Position numbers and translations under genes: made by a program. Below, one piece after another: positions 1 through 7,799 of a stretch of DNA of 11,543 nt; the stretch's first letter is position 1, and every line of letters begins with the position of its first letter. The stretch is from Nanobdellota archaeon (GTDB lineage Archaea > Nanobdellota > Nanobdellia > Woesearchaeales > JAHWHD01): NCBI GenBank assembly GCA_034722435.1, contig JAYENX010000037.1, forward strand, positions 1-11,543, in the 5' to 3' direction. Under the pieces are notes generated by a model that saw only the letters and a program-made list of their open reading frames with translations, searched no databases and was not told where the DNA came from.

Positions 1-2
1 GA

Positions 3-179
3 AAGAAAAAACTTGTAACGACACTTCTTGATGAACATGATGGCGTAAGTTCTTTATTTCGTTTACCTGATTACAATGGCGAAGACGCATATCTTCAATG
101 TTTTCATCCTGATGTCGATAAACAAGAAAGACCTCCTAAAGAATCAATTGTACATTATGAGCCTAAAATGTTCACATAG
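3..179 (+). CDS. 3' end of a hypothetical protein, truncated by the window edge (...KKKLVTTLLDEHDGVSSLFRLPDYNGEDAYLQCFHPDVDKQERPPKESIVHYEPKMFT*)
   Basis: Frame +3 is open from base 3 to TAG at 177-179 with protein-like composition. It overlaps the argS stop convergently by 8 nt. No family recognised. Confidence 0.55.
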   Translation, partial: KKKLVTTLLDEHDGVSSLFRLPDYNGEDAYLQCFHPDVDKQERPPKESIVHYEPKMFT

Positions 180-1863
180 CTTTTGGCGCTTCTATATCTA
201 ACAACTTCAAACCATTCACTATAACTTGTTTAACACATTCTAATAAGAAAAGTCTAGCTTTCTTTTGTTTATCTTCGGCTTTCAATATTGTGATGTTTTG
301 ATAGAACTCGTTAAAAGCTTGACAAAGATCAATCAAGTACCTACATATAATTGAGGGTTTATAATGCTTGGCAGCATCAACAACCACTGACGGATATTTT
401 CCAAGGATATTTATTATTTTTAGTTCTTCATCAGTTTCATACGATTTGAAATCTACTACAACATTACCAGTTTTCACTTTTTTAAGAACTGAATTAATCC
501 TTGCATGCGTATATTGAACATACGGTCCTGTTTCTCCTTCTAAACTTAAAGATTCGTTAGGATCGTAGACCATATCTTTTGAAGGGTCCATTTTTAATAT
601 GAAAAATTTAAGCGCACCCATACCAACCATTTTAGCTCTTTTCTCAATTTGTTTAGATGTAAGGTTATCTCCGTGTCTTATCTCAATCTCGACTTTTGCA
701 GCATTCACAACCTCATTAACAAGATCATCCGCATCTACAACTGTCCCTTCTCGAGATTTCATTCTACCCTCTGGAAGGTATACCATTCCATAACTTAAAT
801 GATAACATTTCTTTGCCCAAGAATGTCCTAACAATTCAAGAATTTTAAACAGTTGTTGAAAGTGTAAATTCTGTTCATTACCAACAACATACACTGACGA
901 TGTAAACTTGAAATCTTTATGTTTCATAACTGCCAGATACAAATCTTGTGTCATGTAAAGTGTTGTTCCATCTGCTCTTAACAAAAACTTATTTGGCATT
1001 TTATACTTTTCAAGATCTGCATATACTGCTCCTGTCTCGTCCTTAACAAGAAGTCCTTTCTTGAACGCATTATTTACAAGGTCTCTTCCATAAGTATAAA
1101 TCTCGCTTTCATAATATTCTTTTTTGAAAGATACATTAAACTTTTTATATGTTTCATTGAACCCGACGAGAGCCCACTTTCGCATCTTTTTCCATAACTT
1201 AAGAGTTTCTTTATCTCCTGATTCCCATTTACGTAATAATTCTTGAGCTTCTTCTTCAAGACCTGGCATATCTTTAGCTTTCTGGTTAAACATAACATAA
1301 TAATCTCCTACAAAAAAGTCTCCCTTTCTATCAGGCTCTTTATTCTTGCCCCATTTTTGATAAGCGAGCATCGACTTACAAATGTGCACGCCCCTATCAT
1401 TTACAAGATTTACTTGTACAACATCATTACCTATTTCTTCTAATAGCAATGAGCACGATTTACCCAGTACCATGTTTCGTACATGTCCAAGGTGTAAAGG
1501 TTTATTGGTGTTGGGTGCGGGATATTCTATCACAATTCTTTCTTTGCCAATATGTGATTTACCATAGAACTCTGCTTCTTTTTGTATTGCGAGAAGTACA
1601 TCTTTAGCTTGCTCTTTCTTGTTAACATAAAAATTAAGATACGGGCCGATAGTTTTTACTTCGGCTAAAATATTATTTTTCTTAATCTTTCCAGCTAACT
1701 CTTCAGCAATCTTGTTAGGGGCCTTCTTCATACTCTTGGCAAGAACAAAACACGGAAACGCATAATCTCCCATCTTACTATCTGGCGGTACCTCTAAACT
1801 AATATCTTTCAACTTTGTAACTCTCTTAATTTCTTTTACAATATATTTTTCAAACTTGTTCAT
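172..1863 (-). CDS. argS: Arginine--tRNA ligase (class I), 563 aa
   Basis: N-terminal PPDSKMGDYAFPCF and GPYLNF motifs, HIGH-type PNTNKPLHLGHVRN, RADGTTLYMTQDL, KMSKS-like RMKSREG, GETGPYVQYTHARI, and a DALR anticodon-binding C-terminus. Confidence 0.98.
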   Translation of the reverse strand: MNKFEKYIVKEIKRVTKLKDISLEVPPDSKMGDYAFPCFVLAKSMKKAPNKIAEELAGKIKKNNILAEVKTIGPYLNFYVNKKEQAKDVLLAIQKEAEFYGKSHIGKERIVIEYPAPNTNKPLHLGHVRNMVLGKSCSLLLEEIGNDVVQVNLVNDRGVHICKSMLAYQKWGKNKEPDRKGDFFVGDYYVMFNQKAKDMPGLEEEAQELLRKWESGDKETLKLWKKMRKWALVGFNETYKKFNVSFKKEYYESEIYTYGRDLVNNAFKKGLLVKDETGAVYADLEKYKMPNKFLLRADGTTLYMTQDLYLAVMKHKDFKFTSSVYVVGNEQNLHFQQLFKILELLGHSWAKKCYHLSYGMVYLPEGRMKSREGTVVDADDLVNEVVNAAKVEIEIRHGDNLTSKQIEKRAKMVGMGALKFFILKMDPSKDMVYDPNESLSLEGETGPYVQYTHARINSVLKKVKTGNVVVDFKSYETDEELKIINILGKYPSVVVDAAKHYKPSIICRYLIDLCQAFNEFYQNITILKAEDKQKKARLFLLECVKQVIVNGLKLLDIEAPKAM

Positions 1864-1886
1864 AGTATGAAATTATAGAAATATAG

Positions 1887-1900
1887 TTTATTAATCTTTC
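1887..1900 (-). promoter_or_regulatory. Putative BRE-TATA promoter of argS (GAAAGATTAATAAA)
   Basis: Purine-rich BRE plus TATA-like box ending about 24 nt before the ATG at 1863, with no SD. Consistent with a leaderless mRNA. Confidence 0.55.
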
Positions 1901-1915
1901 TAAACCTCTTTCAAT

Positions 1916-1927
1916 AAAACTTAAATA
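1916..1927 (+). promoter_or_regulatory. Putative BRE-TATA promoter of the DUF1653 gene (AAAACTTAAATA)
   Basis: TTAAATA box about 22 nt before the ATG at 1950. Divergent from the argS promoter. Confidence 0.45.
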
Positions 1928-1949
1928 TCTCCTCTTTCCTAATATTAGT

Positions 1950-2174
1950 ATGGAATCAATACACGCACAGGGAATATACAAACACTATAAAGGTAATTAT
2001 TACATAGTACTTGGTATTGGAACTCATTTTGAAACTGGTGAAGAACTGGTTGTATACACGCCTTTGAAAGATAGAAATAAAATTTGGGTACGACCGCTCA
2101 AAATGTTTTTAGAAGTTGTAAACATGGATGGCGTTTTCGTTAACCGTTTCACATATGCAAGACAAGCACTTTAA
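1950..2174 (+). CDS. DUF1653 family protein, 74 aa
   Basis: GIYKHYKGNYY...HFETGEELVVY...IWVRPLKMF matches the DUF1653 signature (G-x-Y-x-H-Y-K-G...H-S-E-T-x-E-x-L-V-V-Y...W-V-R-P-x-x-M-F). Confidence 0.9.
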   Translation: MESIHAQGIYKHYKGNYYIVLGIGTHFETGEELVVYTPLKDRNKIWVRPLKMFLEVVNMDGVFVNRFTYARQAL

Positions 2175-2187
2175 TTTTATTTATTTT

Positions 2188-2697
2188 CTATACAAAATCT
2201 TTAATATTATGCTTTCTCCATTCCCAGAACAACCAACTTATTAAGATAATTGCGTCTGCCCATACTGCGGCTGCCGTGTTAAACACTGTTGGACAATAAT
2301 TAAACGCAAACGGATAAAAAAATTGGTATCCTCCGAACGCACAATCTAGTAACAGATGCGACAATAAACCTATCCCGATAAACAAAGAGACCATCCCCGA
2401 TTTATGCCAAATGTGATACTTCTTTTGACTTCTTTTATTTTTCGCTTTATTCTTATAATACTTTAAAAATATAACTCCTATAAAAATTGCAATTAACGGC
2501 CACCACACCCAGTGAGTCACTGTTCCATGTAAATTCATTCCAAGCAACGCACCTATCGGAATATCAATATCAGGCACTAAAGCAAAAAATCCTGTGAGAT
2601 AAACAAAGAACAAACTAAACTTCTTTTTAGCAAAATAATGTCTGTATATATCAACAGCTATTATTGCTAATAATACATGTGTAACTGCATGTGCCAT
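2188..2697 (-). CDS. Membrane-bound metal-dependent hydrolase (YdjM/DUF457-like), 169 aa
   Basis: HAVTH, LVPDIDI, HGTVTH and SHLLLD motifs among hydrophobic helices. The ATG at 2697 directly abuts the TAG of the upstream B3/4 gene. Confidence 0.85.
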   Translation of the reverse strand: MAHAVTHVLLAIIAVDIYRHYFAKKKFSLFFVYLTGFFALVPDIDIPIGALLGMNLHGTVTHWVWWPLIAIFIGVIFLKYYKNKAKNKRSQKKYHIWHKSGMVSLFIGIGLLSHLLLDCAFGGYQFFYPFAFNYCPTVFNTAAAVWADAIILISWLFWEWRKHNIKDFV

Positions 2698-3396
2698 CTA
2701 TATCCTCATCGAAGTGTTAACAAAATTAAGAATTTTATATCTTATTTTCCCGCCTACAAACGTTTTAAGCAACGAAATATATTCTTTCATTACACTTTCT
2801 AACACTTGATACGTTACAGGTGGTAACCCGTCAAAATAAATTATCGCGTTCTGAGTGTGATGCGTTATTTTAGTTTTTTCACTTTCATGCCAGCTCCATC
2901 TTCGAGCAAGCACACCGCCACCATCCATGAACACAATTTCTCCTGATTTAGGATGTTCTATCTTGGTGTGTTCAGGTCTAAGTACTTCCCATCCTTTGGC
3001 AATTTTAACATTAATATCTCCTTTGACTTTATCAAGATCATCTCCTCCAATAGGAATCATGTCCTTTAACATAAAATATCTATAAAGATCAACCAAGTTA
3101 TTTTTTAACTTTACATCCCTTTTAAGAAGAACGTCATGTAAAAGGTTTTCAACTGCTGTGTGATACTTTGGAACTTTAACTTTACTCCCATACCCTTTTT
3201 TCCAATTGGTTAAATATGGCGACTTAGAGAACCCTTTCAATACATATTTATCCCTGCAATACTGCTGAATATCTTTTAGCATCTTACTAATCATAGAATA
3301 CGAACTTCGCGTATTATCCATATCTTTGATTACTATAACGCCAATGTTCAACTTAGAAAACTTTCCGAATACCTCTTTTTCAATACTTAACTTCAT
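2698..3396 (-). CDS. Stand-alone B3/4 domain protein (PheRS beta editing-domain-like), 232 aa
   Basis: LVDLY, IPIGGDDLDK, GEIVFMD and VLARRWSWHESEKTKIT match the stand-alone B3/4 family pattern (LVDxYN, PxGGEDLDK, GEVVYxD, LCRRWNWR, TKIT). Confidence 0.87.
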   Translation of the reverse strand: MKLSIEKEVFGKFSKLNIGVIVIKDMDNTRSSYSMISKMLKDIQQYCRDKYVLKGFSKSPYLTNWKKGYGSKVKVPKYHTAVENLLHDVLLKRDVKLKNNLVDLYRYFMLKDMIPIGGDDLDKVKGDINVKIAKGWEVLRPEHTKIEHPKSGEIVFMDGGGVLARRWSWHESEKTKITHHTQNAIIYFDGLPPVTYQVLESVMKEYISLLKTFVGGKIRYKILNFVNTSMRI

Positions 3397-3420
3397 CTAA
3401 ACAGAATTAATGGTTTTCGT

Positions 3421-3434
3421 ATTTATAAACTTAA
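3421..3434 (-). promoter_or_regulatory. Putative BRE-TATA promoter of the B3/4-hydrolase unit (TTAAGTTTATAAAT)
   Basis: TTTATAAA at 3422-3429, about 25 nt before the ATG at 3396, with no SD. Confidence 0.6.
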
Positions 3435-3437
3435 CTC

Positions 3438-3611
3438 CTACAACTCTTTAACCACATTCTGCATACGTTTATTCATATCAACCTTTTCTTCACTCTGCTT
3501 GATAACAGTCTTCATTAGAACTCTATTCTGCTTTCTAAGCTCGTTGATTAACTCATCCCTACGCTTCAACTCTTCAGCATATGTCTTCTCTAACTCTTCA
3601 ACTGATTTCAT
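3438..3611 (-). CDS. Small coiled-coil protein, 57 aa (MKSVEELEKTYAEELKRRDELINELRKQNRVLMKTVIKQSEEKVDMNKRMQNVVKEL); not in the ORF track
   Basis: ATG at 3611 to TAG at 3438-3440. It fills the intergenic gap, shows heptad-like E/K/L periodicity and overlaps the end of the upstream gene by 14 nt. Confidence 0.75.
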   Translation of the reverse strand: MKSVEELEKTYAEELKRRDELINELRKQNRVLMKTVIKQSEEKVDMNKRMQNVVKEL

Positions 3612-3909
3612 TCTGTAATTTCTTCAATGCGATATCTACTGCGACAAATAGATTTCTATCAACCTTTTCAGAATTGAACGACTTACCATTATCCATTAAT
3701 TTAGCCTTGATATTATACTTCTTTGAAGCTTCTGTTTCGTGTACAGATTTCAATGTAAGGCTTAAACTTTCGAACTTATTAGACATATCGTTCATCTTTC
3801 TTGCATAGTTACCTATCATCTTCTTCAAAATAATAAAAGAACCCGAATCCAATCCTTTAAAACCAGACAACTCAATATTTCCACCCAGCGCCATGATTTC
3901 ATCGTCCAT
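3598..3909 (-). CDS. Small conserved protein with a probable HPF/RaiA (S30AE)-like fold, 103 aa from the ATG at 3909
   Basis: Start reassigned from TTG at 3918 to ATG at 3909 because GGGGG (3919-3923) lies 9 nt upstream. The pattern NIELSGF / basic helix / LSLTL / KYNIKAKL / GKSFNSE / NLFVAVDIALKKL resembles the HPF b-a-b-b-b-a order and DLYAAIDxAxxKL. Coding status is solid; the fold is inferred. Confidence 0.7.
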   Translation of the reverse strand: MDDEIMALGGNIELSGFKGLDSGSFIILKKMIGNYARKMNDMSNKFESLSLTLKSVHETEASKKYNIKAKLMDNGKSFNSEKVDRNLFVAVDIALKKLQNEIS

Positions 3910-4002
3910 ATAAATCAACCCCCTGTTAAACTATATATCTATATTACTATTATCTAATATTTAATATTTACTGTTTTAGTATATACTTCTTCATTTTTTT
4001 TA

Positions 4003-4016
4003 GAAACATTTATATA
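4003..4016 (+). promoter_or_regulatory. Putative BRE-TATA promoter (GAAACATTTATATA) of the small membrane protein gene
   Basis: The first 12 nt are identical to the element upstream of gyrB. SD GAGGTGA follows at 4066-4072. Confidence 0.6.
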
Positions 4017-4077
4017 TAATAACTTAGATAAATGCTGTTAAATAACTATATAAAGTTTTAAAAAAGAGGTGAAATGA

Positions 4078-4248
4078 ATGGCAAAGAAAACAAGTTTAGG
4101 TGTTGGTACTAGTTCACCATGGTTTGCATGGTTAGTTCTAATTGTTGGTGTTCTATATTTACTAGCAGATTTAGGAACTTTTGCAATGACCTTGAGTTGG
4201 TACACAATTGCGTTCTTATTAATTGGAATAAGATATCTTACACACTAA
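4078..4248 (+). CDS. Small two-helix membrane protein, 56 aa (MAKKTSLGVGTSSPWFAWLVLIVGVLYLLADLGTFAMTLSWYTIAFLLIGIRYLTH); not in the ORF track
   Basis: SD GAGGTGA at 4066-4072, ATG at 4078, TAA at 4246-4248, two hydrophobic segments, an upstream promoter and a downstream T-tract. Confidence 0.8.
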   Translation: MAKKTSLGVGTSSPWFAWLVLIVGVLYLLADLGTFAMTLSWYTIAFLLIGIRYLTH

Positions 4249-4258
4249 ATTCTTAGAA

Positions 4259-4278
4259 TTTTTTTATTTTATTTTTTT
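4259..4278 (+). terminator. Oligo-T archaeal-type terminator candidate
   Basis: TTTTTTTATTTTATTTTTTT starting about 10 nt after the stop codon of the 56-aa gene. Confidence 0.5.
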
Positions 4279-4462
4279 ATAACGTCAACAAACTCTCTCT
4301 TATTGATAAAGGAATGATTAATTTATCCTTTCTTAATTTATTATAGCCAGTATTCTTGATTGTACTTAGAAATCATTACTTTCTATTGTGTGAAGTCCTA
4401 ACTACTAATTAATTATTAGACCGCATAGTTTTAACATATAAAAAAAGAAAATAATTAAAGAA

Positions 4463-4615
4463 TTATTTTTTAGCTTTTCCAACGATTCTACAAACAGTAG
4501 TACCGCACTTACCACATGAACCCTTGATCATCAACATATTGTTTTTAGTAACAACCTCTTTAGGGTCTTGTATTTCAACTTGTTTTTTGCATTTCATGCA
4601 TCTTCCTTCTGGCAT
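4463..4615 (-). CDS. DUF5679-like basic zinc-ribbon protein, 50 aa (MPEGRCMKCKKQVEIQDPKEVVTKNNMLMIKGSCGKCGTTVCRIVGKAKK); not in the ORF track
   Basis: CMKC...CGKCGT with the EIxDPKEV and KGxC spacing of DUF5679. SD AAGGAGGGA lies just upstream of the ATG at 4615; TAA at 4463-4465. Confidence 0.85.
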   Translation of the reverse strand: MPEGRCMKCKKQVEIQDPKEVVTKNNMLMIKGSCGKCGTTVCRIVGKAKK

Positions 4616-4670
4616 AATAACATCCCTCCTTATCTTAAATATGAACTATACTTATGAAATATTCCATTTT

Positions 4671-4684
4671 ATTTATAAATCTTT
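4671..4684 (-). promoter_or_regulatory. Putative BRE-TATA promoter of the DUF5679-like gene (AAAGATTTATAAAT)
   Basis: TTTATAAA at 4672-4679 preceded by AAAGA on the minus strand. Confidence 0.6.
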
Positions 4685-4774
4685 GCTTTTTTCACGTATA
4701 GATTTGATTAATTTGTATTTTAATATCTTACAATTTAATGTGCTAATTACGATTTTTATCAAGAAAAAATAAGT

Positions 4775-5470
4775 TTATTTTGACTCTTGAGGTTCTTCTT
4801 CTTTTACCTCTTTAACAGGCTCAGACTCTTTTGTCTCTTCCTTTTTTGGAGGTTTATCTTCGGTAACAAATACTTTAGAACTTTTCTTTATTTTACCTGT
4901 TTCAATCTTGAAAGCTCGCATCTCATAAATCCTCAAAGGGTATATCTTGCTAAGTTGTTCTTTCATGGCCCTTTGAAACCTGGTAGATATTACTTCTGTT
5001 AAAAATGTATCAAAATTAGTCTTTTTCATATATTGTGCAACCTTTTCTCTGTTTGCATTGATTAATTGAGTGGTTGAAGCACTTCTTGCCTTGTTTCGGG
5101 TAAGCATTAATGGTTTAACCCTTATATTTACATTGTTTGCTGTTTCACAGATAAATGAATCGTCTAACTTGTTTCTGTTCCTTCTTACAAGTCTTTTAAT
5201 TGCAGCAGGAATCATAGAATATCCTATAACCTTTGTTTGTGCACTTGCATTTTTAATTTCTGTAACTTCAAGATTAACAAGTACATTTTGCTTTTTAATA
5301 TCGTTTGTAAGACTCATTAAGTTAATTTTCATCTTTCTACCTACAAGATTTTCTGGTTCGAGTACGTGACTCTCTCCTACTTGCAAGTTTCTAAAGATTT
5401 TAGGTGCAATTACTGGAATCCACCGTTTCTTTTTAACTTTCAATGCTGCTGTTTTCTTTTTACCTGCCAT
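4775..5470 (-). CDS. rps3ae: 30S ribosomal protein eS1 (S3Ae), 231 aa, with a charged low-complexity C-terminal tail
   Basis: KKKRWIPVIAPKIF, GRKMKINLMSLTND, IKRLVRRNRNKLDDSF and SKIYPLRIYEMR match the archaeal eS1 pattern. Confidence 0.92.
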   Translation of the reverse strand: MAGKKKTAALKVKKKRWIPVIAPKIFRNLQVGESHVLEPENLVGRKMKINLMSLTNDIKKQNVLVNLEVTEIKNASAQTKVIGYSMIPAAIKRLVRRNRNKLDDSFICETANNVNIRVKPLMLTRNKARSASTTQLINANREKVAQYMKKTNFDTFLTEVISTRFQRAMKEQLSKIYPLRIYEMRAFKIETGKIKKSSKVFVTEDKPPKKEETKESEPVKEVKEEEPQESK

Positions 5471-5492
5471 TGTTTCACTGGAAAAATCATTT

Positions 5493-5506
5493 ATTTATAA
5501 ATCTTA
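5493..5506 (-). promoter_or_regulatory. Putative BRE-TATA promoter of rps3ae (TAAGATTTATAAAT)
   Basis: TTTATAAA at 5494-5501, about 23 nt before the ATG at 5470, inside the 39-nt gap after the gyrB stop. Confidence 0.6.
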
Positions 5507-5509
5507 TGA

Positions 5510-7468
<1,959 letters not shown>

Positions 7469-7535
7469 CTAACTTAGAAGCTCTGTACTTAATGAATTCG
7501 TAAAAAAAGTAATAATTCAAAAAATAAATTAAAAA

Positions 7536-7670
7536 TTATGCGCTTTCTGCACCCAACATTATTCCTGCATCTGCTGGATTCATGTCTTCATCTTCAACTA
7601 AATCTTCCCATGCCTGCATTCGCTCTCTATCGCTAAAGATTTCTGTTTCAATCTCGTGTATTATACCCAT
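7536..7670 (-). CDS. Small highly acidic protein, 44 aa (MGIIHEIETEIFSDRERMQAWEDLVEDEDMNPADAGIMLGAESA); not in the ORF track
   Basis: Strong SD GGGGGTGA (7676-7683) just upstream of the ATG at 7670; TAA at 7536-7538, followed by a minus-strand T-rich tract (about 7502-7535). Confidence 0.8.
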   Translation of the reverse strand: MGIIHEIETEIFSDRERMQAWEDLVEDEDMNPADAGIMLGAESA

Positions 7671-7699
7671 GTGTTTCACCCCCTGAGTTATATTCTATA

Positions 7700-7780
7700 G
7701 AAACTTTTAAATATATATACCTTATCCTTATAGTATATATGCATTATAGTATTTACTCGTAAATATATGTGATTACTTAC
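7700..7780. promoter_or_regulatory. Divergent promoter/operator region between the acidic small gene and the AbrB-PhoU regulator
   Basis: Plus-strand GAAACTTTTAAATA (7700-7713) overlaps a minus-strand AAGG-TATATATATTTAAAA. Inverted repeats: ATATATAC-N12-GTATATAT (7713-7740) and TATTTAC-TC-GTAAATA (7750-7765). Confidence 0.5.
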
Positions 7781-7799
7781 TAATAGTGGGGGGATATAC

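Noticed and set aside
599-1567. ORF-track entries 599..793 (+), 1074..1298 (-), 1243..1443 (+) and 1382..1567 (+)
   Set aside because: All lie inside argS, antisense or off-frame, with no motifs or initiation signals. Shadow ORFs.
3581-3808. 75-aa plus-strand ORF
   Set aside because: Antisense shadow of the HPF-like and coiled-coil genes, which have better signals and composition.
3910-3918. TTG start at 3918 given by the ORF track
   Set aside because: It overlaps the SD-like GGGGGTTGAT itself. The ATG at 3909 has normal SD spacing.
4524-4772. 82-aa plus-strand ORF
   Set aside because: Antisense to the DUF5679-like gene and its promoter. Its I/L/F/N-rich composition reflects AT-rich non-coding DNA.
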